Assembly: GCF_028641065.1 (NCBI RefSeq)
Contig: NC_073383.1
Location: 21,762,001-21,826,000 of the forward strand
DNA from: Leucoraja erinacea
Lineage: Eukaryota
DNA: 64,000 bases
Direction: 5' to 3'
Shown one piece after another: positions 13,610 through 27,415 of this stretch (positions within the stretch are counted from its first letter, which is position 1; the number at the start of each line of letters is the position of its first letter). Below the pieces are notes generated by a model, which worked only from the letters and a program-made list of their open reading frames with translations, had not been told where the DNA came from and searched no databases. A program made the translations under genes and the position numbers.

Positions 13610-15317
13610 TATAGAAGTTCAAAGGCAACATTATAAGCATCCTCTTCACGAAATATGCTTTAGTATGCTCAGGAGACGACACCACTTTTTGAGCATCATC
13701 CTGGTCTTCATTAAGTTTGACAGATTCAATGGACTTAATTTATGCACGATCCAGTTTTTGTTAAACTTTTTTTTTTCAAATGTGAAACTTTATTAATGTA
13801 ATTGATGTTGCGGCTTCTTCCTTTTTTTAAATCATCTGGTCGCCCCTATTTACTTTGATTTCCTTCGGTCCTTTTGTTTGGAATAGAATGCGGAAGCCCA
13901 TCTTCGTGACTAGAAGGTGCAATAAGTCGCCATTAAGCTGTTTGGAGCAGTGAACTTTACGATGTTGTCTAGACAGTTCAAGGTTTTGTAAACAGCAAAG
14001 CCATGTCATGCGGCACGGAAATTTGGCAATTCTTTTTCGAAGAGTTTTGCGAAGCTTAACTCGCTCTTCTAATAAGTCTCCGAGGTGAGCTGCAAGTTGT
14101 CCGAACTTATGTATACATTTAAGTGCCTCCCTTCAGCTGAAATTCAGCTAATTGTTCACATATGTTGCTATTTGTCCTTTGTCTTCACAAGTAATCGAAA
14201 TAGACCCATCAATTGATTTCCAGATACTGACTGATAATGATATTAAATCAAATATTTATAAAAACAAATTACAGCTTTCTATTATGCCTAAGAAGCAAAA
14301 CTTCAGTTTAACATATAGCTTTGCATCTAAAATAGAGCACATTTGCGTTTCCATTTTTGTATCAAGGCTGTATGCTAAATGGCTGCTCATAGAGACGTGA
14401 AACATAAGAACCTGGGGTCCACATATGCTGAAAATAGTCAAGAGATTAGGCAACTCGGATTATATTTCCGGTTTCCACTATTTTGTAATTAATCTATTAA
14501 ACTATAAGGTTTGCTTTTCGTTATATTGCAGAATTTAAGAATAATTATGTTATTTGACGGTGGTCTTTGGAACCATTTGCACGGAATTTTCTTATACAGA
14601 CGCAAATGGTCGTTTTTATCGTAAAATGATGTTTTATTTGAAATATTTGGAATAACATATTGAAATTTTAATATTAACATATTGAATGTTTATTTGGAAA
14701 GGAAAGACATCCTATCACATGCATTTACCGTGAAATGTCATATTAGTGGGTAACCCGGAAACATTATTATTAACATCACATCAGCTTTAAACGTCCCTAG
14801 CTACAGTATATTACAATTATCTCATGACATAGACTGGAAGGGTAAAGTAATAAATATGCATTTCTTCTTTTCACCGGAATACACAACTTAAACAATTCTG
14901 GTTAGTTTGGCTAACATCGACTAAAAGAAGAAATCGAGCACATTGTCTTATGTGATTGACCCATCGCTGTGAACTAACAATATTTAATTTTAGCCCTCCC
15001 TTACCCCAGTTTGCTGTTTAAAATGAAAACCGTTTATTGTCCCTGAATATCCCGCAGAATCAAACGTCTTCCTTTGGAACGGAATAACATCTATGCTGAG
15101 GTAAGAATGTTTCCTAATCAACATTACGTCCATGTTATCTGCACCATCGCGTCTCTCAAATTCAATTCTATATTAATCGTTTAAATTGTTTTCCATACAA
15201 GAACAGCAAAACCGTTTCCATCAAACTTGCAGTCCCTCCTTGTGTAAATAAATATTGACTAAGGCAATGAAGAGTCGGCCAAAGGGAATCCATCAGGGTA
15301 TGTATGCTGTATCATAG

Positions 15318-15550
15318 TCACAATAAAGGATTGCCAGTAAAAAAGTGCAGGCGGTCTCTGCTAAGTTTCTTCTCCTTCATTCTACGATTTTGGAACCATA
15401 TTTTGACTTGTCGGTCAGTGAGGTTCAGCAGCCTCGACAATTGCAAGCGTTTTTCTTTGTTGATGTAGACATTGAAGAAAAATTCTCGCTCAAGTTCCCG
15501 GATCTGATATTTGGTATAGGGACATCTTTTCTTTCTGGATCGCAGAGCAG
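15318..15550 (-). CDS. hoxd11: HoxD11 exon 2 (homeobox)
   Basis: The correct frame is not in the ORF track. After ccaccag|: (T)[76 protein letters not shown]. Confidence 0.96.
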
Positions 15551-16090
15551 CTGGTGGAAAAATGTTTTAAAAAAGTTACAAATTATCTTTAAACCAATAG
15601 ACGCGCTCTTTATTTTCTTGTACCTAGTTAAACTTGATGTAAAATGGCGCAAAACATAACGGTCACACACGGCTACCTTTAATTAATCACCATAGAGATA
15701 TTCAATAAATATATGTAATCGCGTCTTTAATTAATTTATTGCATGCTTATACCCATATTGAAAGTTAAGTAGCAGAAACGAATCCTGAATTAAGCTCGGT
15801 CTTGTTTGCACGAACGAAAGGATTCGCGAAGCATAGAACAAAAATATCCTCGCACAAATAATAGTCACATTTAGAAATCAATACAGGAACTTAAACATCG
15901 AGTAATCATGATTTTGCATATTCCAAAAGCCCACCTAAACTGATTTCCCATCGTAAACAATCTTTACAGCTTTAAAGCAGATCTTATAGGGTATATAAAA
16001 TCCTGCGTCTGCTTATAAAATTTCACATAAAATCTGTGAGACAAAATGTGTTGGCCCTATATTCTACCCCTGGGTTACCAGTGCACCTAC

Positions 16091-16694
16091 TGGATACGCT
16101 GTCTTTGTCGGCCACACTGTTACCGGAGGATTCGCCGGTGTTCTTTTCGGTTGCACTTTCTTTCGTCTGATCCACAGAAACTTTATCAGACGTTGTAACA
16201 CTCTGGCACGTAGACACGGACTTTTCGGTCAAATGTTCATAATTAGAAGTGTCGGGAATCCCATAGGCTGTCTCAAAAAACTGATCAAAACCTTGCGGGA
16301 GTATTCCATTCCTGCCAACTGTGGTGTAGAAATTGCAAGATGGGTTTGAGCTTGCACGCTGACTGTATAGATTATCATTTTTAAACAACATTCCCGTCCT
16401 GGCCGGTGGCTGAATATAGTCTCTGTGCATGATCTCTTCTGCAGGGCAATAAGGAGTATAGTTGCCCCTGTAATGCCACTTGGTCGGAAGTTCTAACCCG
16501 TAGTCTCTGAACGATACTTCGCGAACAGGTTGGACCTGAGCTAAATTAGAGGAGTAAGGAAATGTCATTTGGCAAGAAGTCGTCTGCGGTAAGAACGTTG
16601 ACACTGTCGAGAAATCTTGGCCTGAAACATAGTAGGTGCAGCTGGGTAGATACATGCTGGAGTTGCAGCTACCACGCTCTTCAAACTCAGTCAT
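16091..16694 (-). CDS. hoxd11: HoxD11 exon 1
   Basis: MTEFEERGSCNSSMYLPSCTYYVS...VQPVREVSFRDYG...VGRNGILPQGFDQFFETAY. A|GTAGGT donor, 604 nt, phase 1. Confidence 0.95.
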
Positions 16695-19600
16695 GTTTTG
16701 TTTTCGTGGTTTCGAGAACAAATTATCAGGATTGATGGCGTTAAGCATGCTCCATCTATTCTACTCTAAAGGCGTATGAACGGGTCGGCGAAAGAAAAAA
16801 AAAGATTGGGAACGTAAGCTGACGTGCAATTCATCTTGATTGATTCTGAGGGTAAACGAGTCATGTGATCCAATGTAGAAATTACCATATATCAGTTTTG
16901 GTCATTAAGATCCATCCTTGGGAACCGGTAGATAATTCGAAATTAGCCTATTGCCTTTCAGTAGTTACATGTTAGCTGCGTTTTTTCCCCATGATCGAGG
17001 AGTGAGGAAAAAACAAACTCTACAATAAATAATGAAGTGTCCGTATCGTAGTCTGTCATATTTGCATTTGGACTTTTGAAAGCATCAAAACCATCAACTG
17101 GGGTTCATTAGCTGGTGAATTCATATTCATAATAACGCGAGACTATTCTGTCAGAACGAATATAAATTATTATATTTTACATTTCGGAATAATTTGCTGT
17201 TGGCAAATGCAAATGTTACTTGCAGACTAAACTACGTCATGGTTAAATTATGTATTTATAAATTCTATGAATACAATTTTCAAAATATGTATCATACAGA
17301 AACGTGTGGAAATGCCAATGATAGTAAAGGATAATGAAATTATTTTGAAATGGCTAGTTTTTAATTATTTTGCTTCTGCTTCAGTATATTAAATAAATTA
17401 GGAACGTGCTATTGACAGGAATATGCAATTACCTATCTAGCTTTACTACTTTAAATGATAATGTATAATTTACATTTTGTAAGCCGACTGTCCAGGGTGT
17501 GTGAATTTAATATTATATTTTAGCACTAACCGGATGTGTATAAATCACGGGATTTTGAAGGTTGGAGTCTCGTGAACTGCTTGAAGTCCAATCCCACAGC
17601 ATCCCACCACCATTACGACTAACATCACAATATGGTCGTGCTACAAAAGTTAGAATATTATCAGGTCACGAGAGTCACTCTAGGTGCGCTATTATTGCGA
17701 AGCTTCCTTTCCAATTAAAACAATGGAAATGTAATATGAAAGTCTGGAATGTTAAAAAGATGGGAAATTGCTTTCAGTACGCTTAAGGATTAAAGACCCT
17801 GTATTGATGCGCTTTTCCGTAATTCACTCAATTCCAATAACCTGGATCTTTAAAAAAAATAGTTTGATTTGCACGAGAGCGAAATTTTGATTAGAAAAGT
17901 ATTTGAATCTCCACACGTGGGCTACACTGCAGCTCTCTTAATGGAACACCAGTCAAGCGAAAATTAAACCAGAGGAAGGCTGCAAGTAACTATCAAATCT
18001 AAATTGATCTATAGGATAAATAGCATCACACAGAGAGAAAAAAAAGTTATCCGGTGCAGAAGTAGCCGTTCGTATTAATGTTTATTTTTATGTTATTCTC
18101 CCATATTATGCATGATCAATGTTTGACGGATTAAAATCCATAGTTGAGCACATTTACAGCTGGCGGTTTAGATCAAAATTCTGTGCCACAAATTCGAGCA
18201 ATCTGAAAATGACACCTAAATAAATTGGGAACTCTCGTTTAACAAGAATATGCAAATATATATCTTATACTGACCGAACTGACACGCACTGTTGTTGAGC
18301 TTTTTATTTTTGGAAACAAAATATTTTTTTTCTGAAACATATATAGATTACTAGAAACTTCTAAATACAATAATATGCGAATTTAGATTCGTTGAATCCA
18401 CGGGCACATGGATATAAAATGTGTCATCCGGTTGATGTCAGCATAAGGCATGTGACACTGTACTGGTTTAATTAGTGAGATCCAGCTTCCAGTGTGCTAT
18501 TTGTTTGCTGTAGATATAATAATGATACTACCAGATAAAGAAAGTCTAGTTTGCTAAAAGATCGGAATTTGATTTCACTACCCGTAATGATTAAACCCCG
18601 CATACCGAGGAGGTTAAATCAAAAATGTAAAACCTAATACAACTAAGTGATCCATCTTCTCGTTAACGGTAATAGGGTATAACAAATATACGGCAAATCG
18701 CAATGAAGGATTAAATGCAGGGTGTTCGGCAGCATGCCATGTAAATTATTAGAAATACGACACTTCTAACACAGGCACACTCACACACTACTATACAACA
18801 TATGAAGGTTTTAAACGTTCCGTTGGAACCTAATATTTGCCATGTTTCATTAATATGTCTCATCCTTGCGACTACTGTTCACAGGCTCGTGACTTTCACG
18901 ATTTAATCAGTTATTCTGTGGTTATAATACTTCTGCTGTTCAATGCAGCTATTTGGAAAAAAGATTAAAGTACTGGCCAAAACCTCAATGTAATTATATT
19001 AATTGATCAAAAACTCAACAGCAAAATAGCATTAGCCAGCCCTGTTCAATAACATGGCAATAACTGCGAATAGAACGGGAATTACGCGTGGCCTTTGTTC
19101 CCGTCTCGTGTTCGGAGCTCACTTAATGCTTATAGTCTGCAAGAATCTAACACGCTGCAGACTGTCGATGGGGAATCAACGTTAATACCGCTTTACAAGA
19201 TATGTTTTTCTTTGTAGCACAAGTTCAGATATCATTCTCTTACATACAACATTAAGCGATGCACGAATCTAGCTTGTAGGACGTTGCTTCTCTTACGCAA
19301 TTCATCTTTGTTTTCAGTTTGACGATCCAGCAAAATATTCGCCTCGTTATATATTTTTTGTGATGCACTGCACGAAAAAATAATACTTTACAATGTGGAA
19401 AGCAACATTCATTGGTCAGGCAGAGTACACGGCCAGTGAGCGGTATGTTAGACTTCTGCGGTCCAAAAAGAAGCACTAACTTGACCTTAACTTTGTTATG
19501 GCGCCCCCGGTATCTGGAAAACATGTAGAGACACCGTCTGGCAGCTCGACCATAAAAATGAAATGAAAAAGAGATTCTGGGCGATTCGACGGAAAGTCGA

Positions 19601-22600
19601 CAATTTCCCAAAGCTTGGGTTAGCACTGCTGCAAATCTGATAACATTGTTGCAATGCATTTAGGTTTTCAAGCATTTTGTGTGAGTTAGGTTTATCCAAC
19701 AGATGAGCATAGTTGAAATAAAGGTCTATGTTTAATGCATTGAGAAAGTATTTAGAAATTCAGCATCATTCCCCAAAACACACCAACAGTCGTTGGAACG
19801 GCATGAGAACTTTTTAATAAGTTAATTTATAATTCAATTTGCACGTGAATTTGCAACGCTAAACTATTGGAATCCCAGGCATTTTTATTTCCAAGTAATG
19901 TTTGAACCGGAATGATAATAACATCAACTAATATTTTTTCGAAACGTCAATGTATGGTATCACAGTTTGCATATGCTCGGACTCAGACGAGGCCTACACA
20001 TTTTGGTGTCTGTGTGTATCAATGTGCAGCCAGCCCATGATGGAAGACAAAGAGTCGGCAGAAAGGTTACAGTTATTATCCTGATTGCACTTGGAGTTGT
20101 GGTAGCAAGTGGGCAATGTATTACTTCACGAGTTCGTTTCTAGCACACTTAATAGTGCAATCCACGTAATATTATGCAAATATATACCAATCCTACAAGA
20201 ATTGATTTCGGTGGGAGCTTTCAACATTTAATTCGATATTTTATATGCAGTGGCAATGGTGGAAACTTTACTTCCGTGTCTCCTAATCTAAAGTATTTTC
20301 TCTCATAAAACCCGTCTTCCTGAAATGGAAAAGGCCCCAGACAAAGGCAGCACTTCTCTTTTCATTACCCAGTTAACAGGAACACAGGAAAATGTATGTA
20401 ACATCTGGGCTACAGGCACCTATTTTTTTATTTTATTTGCTCGCAAGAAACATGAAGCCCAGGAACAAGGGCATAAACAGTCGTTTTACCACCAGGAAAT
20501 ATTTCAATATTGCCCTCGAATTATTTTAATGTTGTTAACAATGTCGCTTCGTAGTTTGCAGTGCAATTCTCATTTACATACGTGGTTTGAAACAAAACAC
20601 GATTTGAATTTCATAGGCACAGTGTAACAATCCTGAGAACGGCTCGTTCACCATTTATTATCTCAACATATTTGTCCCGTGAAGCATTGTTGATGAATCC
20701 CCCAAAAAAGATGTGCTGTGTCAAATAATTGCATTTAAGCGATTCATATTTATTTTGAAATTGATATGTTTCAATAAACGGTTTTAAAAGATTCATGAAA
20801 ATTTCCCGGCGCATGCTTAATTAATGGCAGCCCAAACAAATGGCGGGATTGGAAGAAACTGCCTGTTTTCAGCCCACCCACGCCCTGATTTGCTGGAAAG
20901 AAAATTAAAGAAGCTGCAACTCATTTGCTCTCGTTTACATCGTCTGCTAAATGCTCAGGCACAGGTACAGAGTTTCCCTTAAAGTCCTCATTCATTAACA
21001 ATCATAACTTAATTACATTGCAACATTGAAATTAATTAAAAACTTGAATCCATCTTTTTTAATAATTGAAACCGTTCGGACCCGGCTGTGATGTGGTCCA
21101 TAAAAAGTCCATGAAATTATCCCCTTTGGAAGAGGTTGTTACTTCTTTGCTTCATTCGTGAATATCGATTATTATTGCTACATATCTTAGGAAATATTAA
21201 TTTCTAAACTGTTCGGCGATAATTGAATCGCCGCCAAACGGTAGGACAATAAATTAACAAATGAAATAGATCACGTCATAAGCGATCAAATAACTATAGA
21301 CTTACCGAAAGGTTGCTTACTCTTTCTGGCGATATAAGTGAATAATTTGAAATTAGCTGGTAAAACACTTCCGTGGGGGGGCAGCTAATATTGTTTTTAA
21401 TCAAAAAAATGATCCATTGCGCATGAAAATTTGATAATTGAGGAAATACCTCCCAACCGGGAAGTATTAAATGGCTAATAATCAAATCAGAAGCCAACAG
21501 ATTGAAAGTGGGAGAGAAAAACCACGGGGTGTCTTAATGTTATGAAGTATTTCTATTGGGCACAGTTTCCCTTTTAATATGGGGAGAAAATATGTTTCGT
21601 TTAGTCTGGATTCGATGTGCTTATATTCCCATCGTGTCAAAATATCGAAGTGTTCGTCAGACCATTTTAACAATCAAAAATTCAAGTTGATAGGTAAACT
21701 AAATATAGGATAATAATGAGCTGGCATGTATACTAATGGTGTAATGTTGGTGCAATATTAATGCTTTGTTTGGAAGCCGTTGAGTTTGAAGCTTTGTACC
21801 TTGCGATTTGGCTGTTTGACACTTGATACTTCCCAGTTCCGCGGCTCGTGTAGCAGGTTAATATTGTATCCGAATTAAAAAGCTAGTGTATAAATATTGT
21901 AACATTTAGAAATGGGTCCTTCAGAAATTACGTTACTGAACTAAAATGACAGCAATAAATCAATTTTATTTAAAAAATGAAGCGCATTTCTTTCTTATTT
22001 TGTTCAGTGCGGGTCTTTAAAAGACCCAAGGAAAATACAAATATGTAATTTTATTGTTTATTGCTCATGTGTTTTATTTCTTTAATTTGTTTGACACCAT
22101 TTGCTTACTTGTTTTATTATACGCACCAGATTCACCTGTAATTTCAGTTGGGTTCAATAGGTAACGGAGTAATGCAGCCGGAGTAAGCGCAGTCTTGAAA
22201 ATCAGAGCACCACACAATATTGAAGCGTGGCCAGAATGTAAATAATTCGCGCACCTACTCCTGACTAAAATCCGCAGCCATAGTTATCGTATATCCCCAA
22301 CACGCTCTGCTTTCCAAAGATGAATGATTAAGTCTGCATCTTGATAAGATCCGCATACACCTTACAATTAATCAGCTTACCGGCTCCACCTTTATAATTC
22401 AATAAGTAAAGAACATGACATGTATACAAAAGAACATTTGTTTCGACATTCGTTTTATTATTACTCAATTTACATAGGTAGAGTGCATGCATAATATTTA
22501 TATATTTAAGATTAAAATACGAATGTTCCATTCTAATTACCTGTTGTACTTACATTCTCAAAATGCAGAATATCTGCTTGTTACTCAAGTGAAGAGTCAC

Positions 22601-23017
22601 GGAGCAATTTAAACAAACAAGAAACGAAATAGCTACAAATGTCATTTGAAACTATTCAATGGTGATGAGATGGGGCTGGTATGTCATCCACGGACAGCAA
22701 GATACAGGCTACCGAAAGTCTTTTTTTTTTTGCCCGGCGTTCAATTTCCTGCTACAACAATATTTCACGAGGTATCCATAGTTTGCATCTCAGTCCCTTT
22801 ATGCCGCTGAGGTTAAACTAAACCAACACGCCCTGGACTAGTGGCAGTGGCAATGTAATGGTAGATTGCGGTTTTATATGACAGCACATCAAAGGAGCAC
22901 CTTTCCATTAAAACAATGGATATTCTTGATCTACATGCTTTCTGCGAGCAAGCTTAATTACCATTAAAAAAAGTTTAATTCACGACCTTGAAACTCACAT
23001 TTAAACTTTACTTTGGT

Positions 23018-23256
23018 CTAAAAGAGTGAGAGCGTTTGTTCGCGCATAACAAGTCTTTTCTTTTTCATGCGCCGGTTTTGAAACCAGATTTTTACTTGTT
23101 GGTCGCTCAGGTTTAGCCTGTCGGACAATTCCTTTCTCTTCTGTCGGTTGATAAACTCGTTCGCGAGGAATTCATTTTCAAGTTCAGCTATCTGTTGCTT
23201 TGTGTAGGGCTTGCGTTTCCTCCTTGACCTCACTTGGGTCGGGCACCAGGAGAGCC
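23018..23256 (-). CDS. hoxd12: HoxD12 exon 2 (homeobox)
   Basis: ttgcag| acceptor. [79 protein letters not shown]. Confidence 0.96.
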
Positions 23257-23947
23257 CTGCAAATCGAAATTGGAAAAAAACGTTGAAGACATTGTAGCAC
23301 TTTTACCCACGTTATCATCGCAAGCTAGTCGATACTTTAATGTGTTTGTTAGTTCGCACGTAAACATTGTCAACATTGCAGGATTCACAATTTGGTTATT
23401 ATTCGAGACCATATTATTTACTTTGCTGGCCTTTACTCGTACAACCAACAGCCAACACTGCGAAGCAGTTTAAGTATTCCCCAAGCCAAATAGAATAAAC
23501 ACAAATATTTAAACATGGCATCCGATCATCTAAATATTCTGTCATCGTCAACGCACAAAACTAACTCATTTAAATCCTAGCAAAGAGATCTTTTGATTTG
23601 TTTTGGCTTCCAAATAAAATTCAAAACAAAATCAGATATATGCTGTGTTCTCTTTGTCGTTTAAGTTGACTAACGTTTAAAGTAAAAACAAAAGACACTG
23701 TAATTATACGCTTTAGGTACAATAACTAGTTATCACCTATGGTTTGATCTACGTTTTGTATTATCTCGTAATGTAATTACAATAATTATTTCATGGTGAT
23801 TTTGAATGCTTTTAGCATATTTGTTCCAAGATCACCGATGTTCAACAAATGAAATTCACGTGAAGATGACAGGTAGCACTTTGAACGAGGACGGATACGG
23901 CATTTTTGTCAAACGGTTATGGTTTTAATACTGCACTGATACTGTAC

Positions 23948-24527
23948 CATCGGAGGATCTGGTGCACACTGGCGTTACTGATGACTGTAATGACATATTG
24001 AGGCTCACGCATTGCTTGACGCCTTCATTTACAGAGGGAGAGTTGGAATTCAATTCAAAGCCTTGATTATGTAAGGAGGAGCCATGGAGAGATGTTTCCA
24101 CGTTTGGGTACTCGTACTTAGTAGGGTTGATGTTGACTGAAGAAGGGATACTGGTATCACTTGGGTAGGACTGACTGTGTCTGCATCTCTCCTCCAGTTT
24201 TCGGCTGCTGTCTTGGAAGTAGTACTTGGTGGGCTCTTCGCCGGCCGCTGCTTTGTCTGATCCATGCCTATTGATGCTGATGGAGACAGAATTGCTGAGA
24301 TAGGACTGAGAGTAGCCGCTGAAGGCGCGGCTCTGCGGCGGCGATGCGCATGGACTCGAAGTCCACGGGAGCGAGCACACCTCCCGGCGGGTGTAAGAGA
24401 GTGCGGGTGACAGACTCGCCAGTTGAGCCGCATTCGGACGCAGGTTGGGAAAGTAGAAAGGCTCCGGGCTGGCAAAATTTAACAGGGAGCCGACATAGCC
24501 TGAATTTAGCAGATTGTGCTCGCACAT
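23948..24527 (-). CDS. hoxd12: HoxD12 exon 1
   Basis: [18 protein letters not shown]...[10 protein letters not shown]|GTACAG donor, 580 nt, phase 1. Confidence 0.95.
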
Positions 24528-27292
24528 TTCCGAGAAGCGCGATCAGATCTTCTCTGTCTCCTATTTAGCTTCCAGACAGAGATAAATGAAAGGCGCTCGG
24601 CGATTGGCTCCTGGAGGGTCACAAGACAAGCGGAAGCAGCTTTTTCTGGCACCGCCTACGTCCCAATACAACTCGCAACTGAAATAGCCAAGTCCATGTC
24701 CATGTGTACTTGCCGGCTGTGAGGGCGACGCCGCTCGCTGAAGGCAACGGGGTGCAAATGTAGTTCAGAAAAACACTTTAACGCGATCATTCTGACATAA
24801 AAACACATATACATTTCACAGAATAAATGCTATTCTGGTTACATTCTATATTTGATATACACATATTGCATTTGGTTTAAAACCGAAATAATCCCACTTT
24901 CTCGAAAGTAATGCAATTTGGCCATTAAAGAAAATAGCATTAAAGAACATTGAAGATATGATGCATTCCTAGAGATAATATATTATTCTACAATATTATA
25001 CAATAGCGATATCTATTTAACTTTTAACATTACAACCGAAAATTTCTGGACAATTTATATTTGACACGATTCTTTTATTCGTGTGTTAGTGAGTATTTTT
25101 TGGACCGTCCAAATCCCATGATGACCGCATCTAAGTGTAAATCTTGCATACTACATATTTTGTTTTGTTTCCGTGTGCTCGCAAAAGGACGAATAAACGA
25201 AGACTAGGTTCAAAAGTCAGACACGTGAACGACAATCTAAATCTTCTAACGCGATTAGAAAATAAATTCCGTGCCGAATTTAGGGATGAGTTCAAGAAAA
25301 CTAATACGCCAGTTTTTTTAAAATAAAACTGAATACAATGTGCAAAATCTGGTTTGGGGATTTAGCAAGAATATACACGTTAATCATGAAATTAAACAAA
25401 ACTCTACATCACCGTTGTTTTTGCCGGAAGTCGATCCCTCAACCCCAGCGTTAAATGCAACATATTAAGTAATTTGATTTTTAAAAATCAACCAATTTAT
25501 TAGGTTAAAGTTTACAATGTATTTGCAGGGGGAAGGTAAAATGGCTCTGCTCCCAGTGTGTCCACATTTAAGCAGAAAGGGAGAGTGCAGTTTTCCTGCG
25601 CCTAATATTTACGACTGGGTTTAAATTACGGATCTTAAATTCCATTAGAATTTTGTGTTTACAATGCGTGTATTTAAATAGAATACAGTATATTGAATTT
25701 AATCTCTCTTTAATTTGAAGGTTTTTAGTAGAGAAAAAAAACACAAATGTGTCTGAAGATTGGTATCGGTAAAATCGAGCACCGTAAACTTTATTTTAAA
25801 TCTAAACGAAAGCAAATGGTGCAATATGTCTGCTGTTGCAAATCCCAATGAGTTTGCCGACACTGGCATCAAAATACATGTGTCTTGCTGGTTTTGTTTT
25901 TTTAATTTCAAATGTAGCTGATTTTTTTTACAACATCATGCGATGCATCAAAACTCTATATGATTCTATATAATATTATCATGTCACTTTTTCATTTACT
26001 AACAATAATGCAAACGTAACAACAGTAATCCAAAGGCGCATATGGTTATCGACACATACAATTTATTCTGTCGAATATGAGAACAAGATAATCCAAACTC
26101 ACTCCTGGTTTCTAAAGTAACACAACTAACGTCTATTGCAGAAACATAATAGTCAGTTTTTGTTTCTACTATCCATGATCGCAAGTCTATAATTTAACAA
26201 CGTGTTTTACTCTTTAAGATGAATACTTACCTGCAACTTGACAAAAAATGATTCTTCTCAGCTAAAATCAGGAGCAGTAAAATCAAAGCAGACACCGCCA
26301 CCACATCCTCACCGGAAGGAAAAACGACTGTTTGTCCCTTGTCATTTTATGGTCTCACCATTCCCTACAGAAGTCCAGAAAAGATTTACTTTAGTAAGAC
26401 GTCAAAATCTAAAAGGAATTACAAACAAAGGCGCTTGACCGAAGCCGGATCTCTACCGAACCTTCGAAAATCTTCAAATTACCCGAAAATTAAACTGTGG
26501 CTCAGTTCAAGGTCAATGTCGAACGGAATCAAATCGCTGTTTTGTTTATTGAGAATATACTTACAATGTTTAAGATCAATATGTGTTTTGCCATTTTGTT
26601 TGGTAGCTGGTGTCAGGTTGCACACAATGAAATTTTCATTTGATTTAATGTAACCAAGGAATGCAACTTGGGTCACGAATTCTCACTTTGCACTCTCTTC
26701 TACAAAAGCTGCTTTATTGTTAATGACGTTTCTCAAACCGCTTGCACGATCCCGGTTAACCTTTACGTTCTGTTTATTAGATGCTATCGCTACGCGTTGA
26801 AAAATACTGAAGAATCACAGAACGGGGACATTTCTATGTTTTACATTTCACAGCAACTATCGGTGCAGAAACTAAGGCAGGTTTACTTACAACATAACGC
26901 CATGGCCGGGATGTGCTTTGTTTTCCGGGCATCAGGGTCATGGCACAAAATTGACCTAGATATAGAAATACCACATTATGCATAACTTCGTGAAACGCGC
27001 TAAATTTAAATTATGTGAAATATTAGACCTCGGTTATTAACACATTGCGCTCCGCCTTCGAAAATCTCACTGATATTAGTTTATTCAAAAACTTATTTTG
27101 TCGTGTCTATCTTGAAAACAAACCCGTTGCCTTCTGCATTGCACATCATTAAGAGCATGGAAGTAAAACTGAATAGTTGGCCCAATTCTCACAATGGTCT
27201 GCAACATTAAAGTTCGACCGACCGGCCGACCATCTTGAAGCCCGCGCTTCGGTTGCAACAACTGTGCTGCCCCATGTTTTACAGCGGTTTAG

Positions 27293-27306
27293 CCAGCAGA
27301 TGGCGA
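27293..27306 (+). promoter_or_regulatory. CTCF motif between HoxD12 and HoxD13
   Basis: CCAGCAGATGGCGA matches 13/14 positions of the consensus CCASYAGRKGGCRS. Confidence 0.7.
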
Positions 27307-27314
27307 ACTAGTTC

Positions 27315-27415
27315 TGTGATCAGGTCAGACTTTATTATTCATGATGCTAAATAAAGTCAAGGTCAAAGACTATAACCATCGTCAAGGTCAATGGTAAATA
27401 GAAATCTGACGTCAG
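27315..27415. promoter_or_regulatory. Nuclear-receptor/CRE module between HoxD12 and HoxD13
   Basis: AAGTCAAGGTCA (27354-27365), TCGTCAAGGTCA (27379-27390) and a perfect CRE TGACGTCA (27407-27414), next to the CTCF motif. Confidence 0.5.

Noticed and set aside
15345-15670. ORF-track entries over HoxD11 exon 2
   Set aside because: Antisense or off-frame shadows of the homeobox exon.
24050-24722. Alternative-frame and antisense ORFs over HoxD12 exon 1
   Set aside because: Expected from GC-rich coding sequence; no recognisable domain.
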